A DNA stretch of 62,931 nucleotides, counting the filler, from Olpidium bornovanus S191 (lineage: Eukaryota > Fungi > Olpidiomycota): the NCBI GenBank assembly GCA_017911155.1. It is 27 parts of 27 records of this genome, joined end to end, with 100 filler letters (N's around TTAATTAATTAA, not from the genome) between each part and the next. Parts side by side here need not be neighbours in the genome. Positions count along the whole stretch, not along the records: positions 23,613 to 25,015 come from JAEFCI010010722.1; positions 25,116 to 29,558 come from JAEFCI010001341.1; positions 29,659 to 32,352 come from JAEFCI010005265.1; positions 32,453 to 34,506 come from JAEFCI010006608.1; 23 more parts are not named here. One strand, written 5' to 3'. The position numbers were made by a program, and so were the translations under genes. The notes below the pieces were generated by a model, which saw only the letters and a program-made list of their open reading frames with translations, ran no database searches and was not told where the DNA came from. Shown here in pieces: positions 24,107-34,606 of the stretch (the stretch's first letter is position 1; each line of letters opens with the position of its first letter).

Positions 24107-25015
24107 ATGGCCGACGCGGCGGCGGCGGCGCCTGCGCCGGAGGGCGGATCCGCGCGCGGAGGGGAGCAGGGCGTCCGCGACGAGGAAAAAGAGGAGTCCA
24201 CCGAGGAGCACCTGCTGCGCTACAACGGCGAGTGCGTTTGGCTGGGGGCCGTTTTGCCGTCTCCTCTCGAGTGCGGCCGGCCGTGCTGTGAACGCCTTTC
24301 GTACCTTGTCTTCTACGGCGGACGCAAGGGTGCGCCGGTTTTTGTCGCCGGCGCGTTGGGCTGGTCTCTGCGGACGCCGCGCTGACCCGCCGTGCTCTCC
24401 GCCCGTTCGCTTTCCGCACAGCTACCAGCACGTTCTCGCTGCGTGCACGGTGCTCGAGAACCAGCTGAAGCGGTGCAAGCGCGATATCGAGGTTTTGCGG
24501 CAGTTGAAAAGGAGGGCGCTCGAAGAACCTGCCCGGTACGTCGAAAAGCTAAGAAACGAGGTATGCCTGCCACCCGGAGCGCTCCCCCGCACTTTGCGCC
24601 GTACGGTGGCCGACTCTCTAACTTCTATGGGCGTGTTCGCCAGACCGCGGAGAAAGCCCCAGTTGCGCAGAGAGTCGTGGCCATACCCGACGTAGATCTA
24701 TCGAAATACAATCCCCGCTTTCCAAACAACAAGGTCGAACTGTTGCAGATGAGGTTTCTCGCAGCTCCCATGTACAAGGTATTCGTTTTTAAATCTATTT
24801 CTTTTCGGTGCTTTCTGGAGCACGGGGAAAGAAATACTTAGAGCTTTTGCAGAGTTACGCTCCTATGCCAGTCGAAAGCCAAACTTTGGCACCAGTCGAG
24901 AACTCTACTACGGAGCCAGAAGCCAGCAACCAAGAGGTAAGTGTCTCCTCATGTCTGACTTAATTTGCGGCGCCGCTGTAGTGACGACGTCCACAACAGG
25001 ATCCGCGCGCACATG
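24107..25015 (+). CDS. ZZZ3-like protein (N-terminal conserved coiled-coil region), 3'-partial
   Basis: Spliced: HLLRYNG|DYQHVLAACTVLENQLKRCKRDIEVLRQLKRRALEEPARYVEKLRNE|TAEKAPVAQRVVAIPDVDLSKY. This parallels the metazoan ZZZ3 block DYQxLLxTIAVLExQ...EALxNPxxFVEKL...PQRVVxLPExxWxxY (from memory). Confidence 0.62.
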
Positions 25016-25115
25016 NNNNNNNNNNNNNNNNNNNNNNNNNNNNNNNNNNNNNNNNNNNNTTAATTAATTAANNNNNNNNNNNNNNNNNNNNNNNNNNNNN
25101 NNNNNNNNNNNNNNN

Positions 25116-26280
25116 ACATGCGCTCCCGATCCCGCGGGTCGAAAACCCAGAGGCCAAATATTTGGTCTGCGTAGGTACAAGAATGCGTTCAGGAAACAAG
25201 CACAAAACACAACCTCTATTGTCGATTAGCAAAAAGGAAACGCACGGCCCTCGGGCGCGGTGCGCGCTCACTTCCGTCAGGCTGGAGTAGCTGGTCCTTC
25301 CGGTATATGATGTACTCCGCGGTCATCTGCAAGTCCACCTTGTCGGAAAGGAACACAAAAAGGTTCTCGATGCCCAGGCGGTTCATGATAAGGAAGCCGT
25401 ACACCGGCGGTTGCGTCCTTTGCTTCCGTCAGCGGCAGGAACGCCAAGAGTCGGAGAGACTGTTCCCAGCAATACCCGGCAACTTGGCGAAGACATACCG
25501 TCTGAAAAGGAACAAGGTTCCTTCTACGCCGTGTTTTGTCTGGCAAAAACGTTGGCGGGAAACAGCAGGTACGAGTTTCCGTGAGCTCACGGCCAGGTCA
25601 GGCGCCGAGGTGACGAGACTAATAGGGATCTCCGCCCACAACGTTCCCTTTCCCCCCCCCCCCCCCCCCCCCCCCACTTCCCCAGGTCCTTCCCCGACCG
25701 GGCACGGACGGTTTCGGATTTCGTGGCCCGGTTTTGCATGAACCCCCCGGTCCGTGTGCGTACGCAACCGAAGGACCAAGGGTCTGCCAAAAAACCGACG
25801 ACTACCACGAAGCCTACGCCTCGGCCGGGCCTTGTCGAGGCGGTTTGCAGAGCAAGCGGGCGGCCGGCCGTCGTGGTGAGCCACGAAGCAACGGGGTGCC
25901 GCAAGAAAACGGGGGAGCGGGGCACGCAGAAACGTTGCGGTAGCTCCGTTGCTGGGAGGGGCAGGAGGCGGGAATTTCGAAGGACGACGATTACGGCAGA
26001 GAAACGGCGCCCTGAGGGCGACGGGCCCCGCTCGTGCGGCCTCGGCAGTCGGCCGGGCGGCGGCCGGGCGGCAGCCAGGAGGGGAAGAGGGTTGGGTGGG
26101 GTTACTGGTGTGTGGGGGGTGTGTGTGTGTGTGTGTGTGGAAGACACGCACCCAGGTCTGGTCGGCCTCGGAGAACTGGTAGACGACGACGTGGCTGCAG
26201 CTGTCGAGGATCTCGGCTATGCTGGGGTCGTACCTCCTAAGCACGTTGAGGTTGAGCTGGAGGCGGGCGCCGGGGTCCAT
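25116..26280 (-). CDS. DCP1: mRNA decapping enzyme regulatory subunit Dcp1 (EVH1-like), 3'-partial
   Basis: MDPGARLQLNLNVLRRYDPSIAEILDSCSHVVVYQFSEADQTW|TKHGVEGTLFLFR|RTQPPVYGFLIMNRLGIENLFVFL...EYIIYR. Confidence 0.93.
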
Positions 26281-26569
26281 CGTTTTGCCGGACTTTCTTG
26301 CCTCGCGCCGGCCCGCCCTCCTTTTCTCCGTTCTTTTTCCCCCCCCCCCCCCCCCCCCTTTTCTCTAGCGTGCGGTTTCTGCGTGCAAAAAGAAAATCTG
26401 GCGTTGGGTGCGCGCGCGTGCGTGGGGGGTGCGTGCGTGCGTGTGGGGAGCGGGCGGGGCGAGGGGGGGGGAGCGGCGGGGAAGAGGGAAAAGGAGGGTG
26501 GTGAGCGAGGAGGAGGAGGACGAAAAAAAAGGACGAGGACGAGGACGAGGAAGGGCCCCCGATAACGGT

Positions 26570-26599
26570 TCTCTCTCTCTCTCTCTGCTCTCTCTCTCT

Positions 26600-26641
<42 letters not shown>
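26570..26641. repeat. (CT)n microsatellite
   Basis: About 70 nt of near-perfect CT dinucleotide repeat ~300 bp upstream of the DCP1 ATG. Confidence 0.9.
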
Positions 26642-26645
<4 letters not shown>

Positions 26646-27930
26646 CTTCCGTGGAAGGGGCTTGACGCTTGGCTCGTTTTCGTTTTGGACATTGCCCGAG
26701 AAAAATTTGTTAATATCTCAAACCACACGCACACTGCGTGATCCGCCCGTATTACCCCGCAGAGATCAGGCAACGCCCCTCCTCCCTCTTCCCCCTTGCC
26801 GAAGCGTTTCCGCCGGGTTGAAGCGCGCGGCGTTTTCTCGGGACGGAATAAAATGAAATATTGTTCCCCACCATTTGCCGACTGCGGCAAAAGTTGCCAA
26901 AATCCGTACAGCAATCAAACCCGTCTTCCTTTAACCGAGAGAAATGCCGCAGCGGGATTAGAGATGGTGAGTCCCGCAGAAAATCTCCGGTGCGCGGGTT
27001 TGAAACCCTGTTTTTGTTTTCGCCCTTTTGGTTGTCAACTTGAGGCACTGCGCGCTGCCCTACGTAGCTGCCTCTCCCCACCTGCCGCTCGCCCCGCTGT
27101 GCGCACGTGCCCGCCTGCTCACGCGGCTCGGCCCTTCCTTCCTTCCTCCCCTCCGCCTTTCCTTGTGTTGGAGGAAGAAGGCGCAGCACGAAGTGCGAAA
27201 AGGAGAATCTTCTCGTCTCCGGCAGCCCTCCGAGGCCATAAAGGGGCGGCAGAAAGAAAATTGAGAGCCGACTGACCCCCGCAGACCCGAACCGTTATTC
27301 CGGAGACATTGAAAAGCTGTTTTTAGTTAGACAAACACCGATGCCCGGCACGCCCCCGCCTTTTGCGCGTGCCGCTAGTCATACAGCAGCACACCTCCCG
27401 CATTAACGGGTGCGCAGCACCACACCCATTCATTCCCCCCCACCCAAGGGTATGAACGCCCTTGCATGACGTGCTCCCCTTGTATTAACCGAACAACCTC
27501 CCTGCATTAACCAAAAGTAAACGCATCAAAATAGTCACTAAACGATGCCGCTTTGACACAGTGGAGTTGGAGCGTGTCAGGATGCCAAATTTACGCTACA
27601 AGCTATCTGGAGAATTGGGGCTAAACGCACTGCCGGGGAGCGGCGCCGTTTAACCCGAAACCCCTGCCAAACCTAAACGCACTGCGTCAACGGCTCCATT
27701 TAACCTGCCAGACCGCACTTCGTCATCATGACGGTTCGCCGAGTCGCCGCAGGGGACTCGAGGGGAGACGGTTGAACTAGCTTTGTGTGCGTTCCCATCG
27801 CACTGACACTGGCTGTATGCGTTTGCCATACAAAAAGAAAAGGCGTTGTTGAACCGGTCAACCATCCACATCACTACACGAAAACAACTCGACTTGGCGT
27901 CGCATCTTCCCCTCTCTCCCGTTCGCAACC

Positions 27931-28619
27931 ATGTCCACGGCCCCCCCGGCGGCTTCTACGCCGGCGCCGGCCCGTACACTTCCCTCCGCGGAAATGGAGC
28001 TGCTCCAGGCAAAACTTCGTATCGCAGAGCTAGAGAAAGAGAAGCTGGAACTGGAGCTGAAGGTGGCCAAACGCGTCGCGGTCTCGGACGACGACGACGA
28101 CGCCAATACCCTCTTCACTGGCAACCTCGAGAAGACCAACACCACGGTCGTAGAGAGACTCGTTCGAAGCGACTCCGAGTCCGAGGATGAGGGCGACTTG
28201 ACGGTCTGCGACGCCCTCCCCGAGCCCTTTGCCTTGGTCCTCCCGGACGGACCACTCAACACCGTCCTGTCGGAGGAGTTGCAGGAGCGCCTTGTCTGCC
28301 GCGGACGATGCTACGCTGGGCTCTCCCGGAAGGTTTCCCTGCGGCTCGCTTGCACGCCCGCCTGACCAGCTGCTTCGAGCTCAAGGTGAGGTCAAGCGAC
28401 GTGTGGCTGTGTTCTATGCCTGCGGGAGTCACTCAACGGAGAGGTAGCCCGGGGGGCCGAGTATTCCGCCCCCCGGTTGAAGCGCGTAGTGGTATGCGAC
28501 CTTCCGTCAGTCTTCGCCTGGTAGTCTCTCCCTCGTCACCCAGTATTGGCAGGGACGCCTGCCCTTTTTTTTTTTTTTTTTTGGAGGGGCCCCCTCCCCG
28601 TTTTTTGGCACCCCCCCCT

Positions 28620-28660
<41 letters not shown>

Positions 28661-29558
28661 CTGGCAGCCCTGCCCGCTTTTTCTTTCTTTTCGGCAGCAC
28701 TGCCTGCTTTTTTTTTCTGGCAGCGAAGTCTGCCGGATTTTTTTTCGAGGGCTTCACGTCCAATCATTTGGTGGAGGCACTGCGTTGATGGAACAGTGTT
28801 GTTCCCCTGTGCGGAGCGAGTACCTGCAGTGAGCCAATCTAGGAAAATGCTAGCCCATCTCGCCAGTGTTGGCGGATGGTTGACGGGCCAGTGTTGGTCT
28901 GCCCCTAGATTGTGGCTTAGGTACCGATCTGATTGGCGCTCGAGCTTTTGCCTCTGACCCATCCTTTCGTTACCTATCCTTTCGTTCTTTCTTTGTTGGA
29001 GACCACCCACGAGAGGATTGCTCGCAAATATTACCGCGAACGCTTGCGGGTATGGGGATTTCTTTGCTGCTATCCACTGTCCGTACCCCTTCGTACTCAC
29101 CTTATTCTCTCCAGGCAGAGGAGAAGGATGAACTGCGGGACGCGGGAGCAGGAATTGCCGCCGTGATGGAATTTGGACGGAGCGTGGCAGTGGCTTGGAG
29201 ACCGGAAAAGCGGAAGAAGATAGCTCGCGACAGCGAAGGAACGCCACTACCAGACCTTGTCCTCACCAGCACGCCGTCATCGCCGCCGCTGGCGGCAGTG
29301 CGGAAAACGACTGTGATTGCGGGGCTTCAAAAAGTCCAATGGAGAGTCGTTCGGGCCCTCGAGTTGTCCATCGACAAACCTGATAAAGAGACACTGCCCA
29401 ACAATTCGAACAACGACCCGGGGAAGCGTGTCGCAGAACTGCGCAAGCTGTGCTTGACAATGTTTTTCTTGTTTACTTCGTCCAAGTGGAAGTTCCAAGC
29501 CGCTCTCGACCTGCACGTCGAGTCCGGCAATCTCATCCGCCACTGTCGCCCGCCATGG
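27931..29558 (+). CDS. Hypothetical multi-exon protein with short N-terminal coiled coil, partial
   Basis: ORF 27931-28365 (MELLQAKLRIAELEKEKLELELK, acidic stretch), plausible GT-AG junctions, and a ~150-codon open exon 29116-29558 after CTCCAG. No family recognised; the linkage of the exons is uncertain. Confidence 0.35.
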
Positions 29559-29699
29559 NNNNNNNNNNNNNNNNNNNNNNNNNNNNNNNNNNNNNNNNNN
29601 NNTTAATTAATTAANNNNNNNNNNNNNNNNNNNNNNNNNNNNNNNNNNNNNNNNNNNNACGTCTAACCGACCCGGCAAACGCCATTTTGTCACCGTTCG

Positions 29700-30075
29700 T
29701 GACTCCCCCACCCCTCAAATCGGCGTGGCAGAAGGACTCAAAAAGGACACTTGGAGAACGCCTGCGAGCGATCCTCATGCACTATCACGTTGCTTGACCC
29801 ATTCTGGGCTGAAGCGCTCCTCACCACTGTAGACTTACACAAACATACTAGCCGCACAAGCGTGGTATGGTTCACTCCTTCCACGAAACACCATCGCGTT
29901 TTTTTTTGTCTGGCCATTGCCCGCATTGCCTGAGACTCGCTGCCCTGGTGGCAAACATGATGACAGTGGCAAACGCGCCGTAATGTTTGCCTACTCCGAT
30001 GAGCAAGAGTCGGCGGCGTTGGCTGCACCCACGTGGCGTACAATTTAGAGCTGAGATGTGAATATTCTTTGAGCA
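29700..30075 (+). pseudogene. Highly degenerate Copia integrase + SH3 remnant
   Basis: TPQIGVAE /fs/ RTLGERLRAIL /fs/ PFWAEALLTTVDL; then GGKHDDSGKRAVMFAYSDEQ...RTI*S*DVN. Several stops and frameshifts. Confidence 0.7.
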
Positions 30076-31739
30076 CACCCGGCTTCGACAGGCCCCGCCA
30101 CCGAGTCAGCCTGTGACGATAGACAACTCTTCGATAAATACGACGATGAATCGAGGCGTTTTCCTTCGCCGGGCACCGAACGCCACGACGAAGGCAGCTC
30201 CAACAATTACAGTGACGGCGACGAAAGGTTCTTCGCGGTCCCTGAGCCAGTCGAACTCGGGGGAATGGGATCGCCGCAACCAGGTACGCCGGTGGAATCG
30301 CCTTCCCTAAACGCGGATAACAGTCTTGCAACGTGTGTGGGTGGGACAAACAGTGGAATGACTCGCGAGTAAACCTTCCCCCAGAGGCGTTTTTGGATGG
30401 GCCTTTTCGTTGATCCCTTTAATGGGATTTTCAACGGTACAAAAACCTTTACGATCTTGGTTTCGTCTGACCATCTTGGAGCAACGAACAGAGGAGGATC
30501 AATTCGAGTGGGCCCGGAGATACGGTGAACGGGACGTATTCGCTCCAAAAGAAAAGAACAAGGGCTTCGGGCAGATCACGGGGAAAAATTTTGCTCATGG
30601 CAACGGGAAGCAACATAAAGGATAACTATATACCCCTCTGGCGCCTTCCGCGCACCCTCCAACACCCCTCCGATGGTGAGCGCAGGCGCATCAAAGACAT
30701 CAGTCACAACAAATGGACCATCTTTGACACGCTCTTTGATGCCGGCGCAGCAGCAACCTGGCCGCTCGGCATACATACCTGCGCAAAACGGCGGTATCCG
30801 CGACGCTTCGTGTCCCTCCACCTGCATCCAAACGCACAGTCGGCGGCACGACAAGGGAATGCGCTCCTTGCGGGGGAGCCACCGCAGGACTTGCGACTCG
30901 TACGACGAGGCTGTTTTTATACATTGGGCGCTTTATAGGTGGTCTGCATTGGGGGGGGGATTTGAATACAAAAAAGTCCCGCTTTGGGACAAGCGGACGC
31001 GTTGTATGCGGGTCGGCGTTGATAGGTAATGCAAAAAAATAACGAAGAAGCAGGCTCTACATGTCTGAGAAAAAAAATCCCGGCCCTGTCCGAAAACGAA
31101 CAATTTGACTTCTGTCGCTTTAAGCCCGATTGAATTGAGGTGGCCCCAATTTATTAAAGGCGTATCGTTGCACAACTACGTGTACTTCTTTTTTGGCTTG
31201 GAAGCGCTGGATACCGTCGCCGTTCGGTGAGTCGGCGGCATGGGCAAAGATCGTCAATATTGCAAACAATCCAGAAAAAGGAAAGACAAAAACCATTACT
31301 TACTAATTTTTTTTGACACGCGGGCTGATGGGATCTTTGAGGCAACCCAACGACCATATGCCGAGGCCGCCCGCAACCCTGATCCGATGGCCATGCGCGA
31401 AGGCTGTACACCGCCCCGGAGCCCTGATATTGCGGAGGCTAACCACATCGTCCATATACGCCGAGGTCGCCGACCCTCTCCTCGGCACCCCGCACACCAT
31501 CAAAGCATGCGCGTAGGCTGGACACCGCTTCCCTACGGGACCGGTGAGCGTCAGTGTTGAAAGAAAATGCAAAAAAATCTCGCAATCAACGCGTGTGCAC
31601 TTCCCTTCTGGAGGATCTTGAGAGAAACGACCTTGAGGTTGACCTAGTGAGCGCGGGAAGTGATGTTAGTGTCGGCGGAACGATAAAGAAACATGGCGAC
31701 ACACCACCCCATTCCCAAGACGCCCGCCCAAGCTGGAAC

Positions 31740-31940
31740 CGGTCTGCATGATCTATGTTACCATCCTCCCGCCGGGCAGCATGAGCCATGTTACCATGCC
31801 CCCTTTTATTCGGTCTGCATGTGCCATGTTATTATGCTCCCGCTTTTCGGTCTGCATGAACATATGTTACCATGCTCCCGCTTATTATTTATTCCGGGCG
31901 GCATGCGCCATGTTACCATGTCCCCTCCGGCCTGCATGTA
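31740..31940. repeat. CATG-rich minisatellite, ~6 units of 33-47 bp
   Basis: Consensus CGG(T/G)C(T/A/G)GCATG-N3-4-ATGTTACCATG-CTCCC followed by a variable T/A-rich spacer. Confidence 0.88.
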
Positions 31941-32106
31941 CCTTATCTGATTCACGCATCCGATCTCGCCCGCCATCCACACCCCACATCCCAGTCAAAA
32001 GCAGAACCAAGGGGGAAAAAAGGTACTTAGCTTGCCATCGTGTGTCCGCAGCGAGGTCCAAGTCCTGGAGAATACTTGGTGAAGGGACTAACAAACAGAG
32101 GCGGCG

Positions 32107-32225
32107 GCGCGAACCGAAGAGAGGCGGATGCACGAAACGAACAGAGGTGGAGGCACGAAACGAAGAGACGCGGAGGCGCGAAACGAACAGAAGCGGAGAA
32201 ACGAAACGGACGAACAGAGGACGAA
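32107..32225. repeat. 23-bp tandem repeat, 4-5 copies
   Basis: GCGCGAACCGAAGAGAGGCGGAT / GCACGAAACGAACAGAGGTGGAG / GCACGAAACGAAGAGACGCGGAG / GCGCGAAACGAACAGAAGCGGAG plus a partial fifth copy. Confidence 0.85.
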
Positions 32226-32452
32226 CGCAGTCATGTTTGTATGAGAACTTGATGAAACCACGGCGTAGATGGACGCCTGTAATTCCAAAGGCGTCTTTTT
32301 TTCCTTTTTCTGCTGCCCCGGCTTACCTTTTTTTTTAACGCCGCAGAATTGANNNNNNNNNNNNNNNNNNNNNNNNNNNNNNNNNNNNNNNNNNNNTTAA
32401 TTAATTAANNNNNNNNNNNNNNNNNNNNNNNNNNNNNNNNNNNNNNNNNNNN

Positions 32453-33026
32453 CGACGCAGACCAGCCGGCGGTGGCGGAGCTGGATGCGGACGCGGCCGG
32501 GGCGGACGATCTGGGCGTTGGGACCCCGGCCGTCGAGACTACAGCCGTCGGGCTGGCCGCCTTGTGTCGGGAGTTGTCGCTTGAACGGCAAGCGCGGGCG
32601 CGTGCGGACTACGCCGACCGCCAGGAACGCGCGACGGTGGCCCGCGCTGGGCGGACGCAGGAGGTCTTCCTGCGCTGGTTGGAGCGTAACAGGTACTTCG
32701 AGGGGCATAACGTCACGGCGTACTTGCGCGAGTTTGATTTAGCTGTGAGCGTGCTCGACTTGACCGATCGCGATCGGCGACGTGCGTTTCAACGCGTCGT
32801 GCAACCTTTTTTGGAAGACCGCGTCCACGCTGTCGACGAGGGCTCGGCCGACTGGCGCCGGTTTGTTGTGAACCTCCTCTTGCAATTGGACAAGGAATGG
32901 CAGGAGAAGGTCAAAACTCTCGGAAAGTGTTTTCGGGTGAAAAGGAGAAGGGGGTGGTCTTTTCTCAAACTTGGAGAGCTTCGTTCTCAGCGGAGAGAGC
33001 TCCGATTCCGGGTCTGTTTGCTGTAG
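32453..33026 (+). mobile_element. Ty3/Gypsy-like gag fragment
   Basis: RYFEGHNVTAYLREFDLAVSVLDLTDRDRRRAFQRVVQPFLEDRV...WRRFVVNL resembles the FxGxNVTxxL capsid start of Gypsy gag proteins. The frame degenerates afterwards. Confidence 0.55.
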
Positions 33027-33109
33027 CAGATCCGCGCTACCAAGAAGAGTTTGCCTGTGGTGACCGATCGCCGATTGAGCGGGTCCCCACGTCGCAGTCG
33101 TCAAAAGAA

Positions 33110-33925
33110 GCTCAAATTCGCCTCGTTTTGTAGATCTCCATAAAGAAATGCGGTCTTAATGTCGAGTTGGAGAATATCCAACTTGTCATGGACAGCTTTT
33201 GCGAATAACAGGCGAAGTGATGAGTATTTCGCAACGGGTGCAAATGTCTCGGAGAAATCAATGCCTGCTTTCTGGCTAAAGCCTCTCACGACCAATCGAG
33301 CCTTAAACCGCTCAATTGTGTTGTCTGGGTTTGTCTTGATTTTATAGAATCAACGACAAGTGATTGGCGTCCTGTCTTTTGGCAAGGGCACCAAATCCCA
33401 GACGTCATTATTGAGAAGACTTGCAATCTTTTCCTGCATCGCTTCCTTCCACTTTTCGGCGTCTGGTCCAGATATGGCTCCCTTGTATGATGCCGGCTCA
33501 TTGGGAATTGTGTCCAAGGATAGAGCGAATTCTGTGAGAGTCTCAGAAGTGGGATTGGCTTGTTGTACCTTCCACCACTCACCAGGCGGGCGCCTTGTTC
33601 GCCATTGAGGAAGTGCAGGCGATGGATGTTGATCATCCGCTTCTTCTTCGTCAATTGTGGGAGGTTGAGGAGTAGGCTCTTCGTCTGAGACCTCTGATGA
33701 ATAATCTTCTGATTCCTCCTGTGTCTCTGGGAGGTGGGCAAGCTGATTTTTCAATCTCATCGGGAAAATCGCTTCATCGAAGTTCACGTCTCGCGAAGTG
33801 AAAGTAAAGAAGTCACGTCGCATGAGAAGATAGTTTCTGCTCCCAACTTCATACCCAACTAGTATAGTCTACTGTCTTGCTTTCCAACATGGATCGCTTT
33901 TCCTTGGGAACATGTACTGTGCTGT
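33110..33925 (-). pseudogene. Ty1/Copia pol fragment (SH3, linker, RT N-half) with stop and frameshift
   Basis: VHVPKEKRSMLESKT /fs/ ILVGYE...SRDVNFDE; EPASYKGAISGPDAEKWKEAM...NDVWDLVPLP; PITCR*FYKIK (TGA at 33352-33350); RFKARLVVRGFSQKAGIDFSETFAPV; QLDIKTAFLYGDL, then truncated. Confidence 0.93.
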
Positions 33926-33991
33926 GGCACGGCCCTCGTCCCGACCGAACCGTCGCCGAACGTCAAGGAGAACGCCACGGAAGGCGGCGGC

Positions 33992-34297
33992 GGGCGAGAG
34001 GGAGGAGGAGGCGGAGGTGGGACAAGGCGGCCCCCGAACCCGCGGCCCGACCAATAGAATAGTCCCCCTCGAAGTCCGCCAATTGAAGGAGTTCCCCTTT
34101 GGCCCCCCCCTTTCCCCCAGCGCCACACGCGGGAACTCCCCGCCAACCACAACCCCCCAACTGCCCCCGCCCCCCACCCGCACGTGAGAGCCCGGAGCCC
34201 CGCGTGGTAACCGCGCGGGGAGAGACCAGACGCACCGCGTCGATAGACGCGACGTCGACGGACGGCTTCACCTTCCGCTCGACGTCGAAGGGCATAA
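33992..34297 (-). repeat. Dispersed repeat, copy 1 (homologous to 49789-50138)
   Basis: The reverse complement shares collinear blocks with 49789-50138: TTATGCCC.TCGACGTCGA; CGGTGCGTCTGGTC; GGTTACCACGCG.GGCTCCG.GCT; CGCGTGTGGCG.TGGG; ATTGGCGG.CTTCGAGGGG; CGGGTTCGGGGGCCG.CTTG; CTCCGCCTCCTC. Confidence 0.85.
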
Positions 34298-34606
34298 TGT
34301 TGGACAGTATAGTTGGAACCCCTGAATGTTTACAATAGTTTATTCCTCCTTCCTTTAATAAACGCGAACGCGTCTGCCGCCTTGCCATGGCACAGATGGC
34401 GAAACACATAACTTTCACAGGTTATGAGCCCAAACAGACTCTGACGGCCAGTCCCCTTCGACGCTTCCCGCCTTCGGCCCCGTCGACGCTCCGCCCCCAC
34501 CGCGCANNNNNNNNNNNNNNNNNNNNNNNNNNNNNNNNNNNNNNNNNNNNTTAATTAATTAANNNNNNNNNNNNNNNNNNNNNNNNNNNNNNNNNNNNNN
34601 NNNNNN

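Noticed and set aside
30380-31560. Exon-like open frames between the Copia remnant and the minisatellite
   Set aside because: Splice phases do not reconcile and no family motif was recognised; left unannotated.
31740-31940. CRISPR-like repeat-spacer array
   Set aside because: Eukaryotic context, degenerate units, spacers of only a few variable bases, no cas genes.
33350-33352. In-frame TGA in Copia RT as programmed readthrough or selenocysteine
   Set aside because: It replaces the conserved Trp of the (R/K)W motif (TGG->TGA) in an element that also has a frameshift and a truncation; this is ordinary decay.
33690-33705. CTGATGA as a hammerhead ribozyme core (also ~35143)
   Set aside because: Lies inside coding sequence with no flanking stems or properly spaced GAAA.
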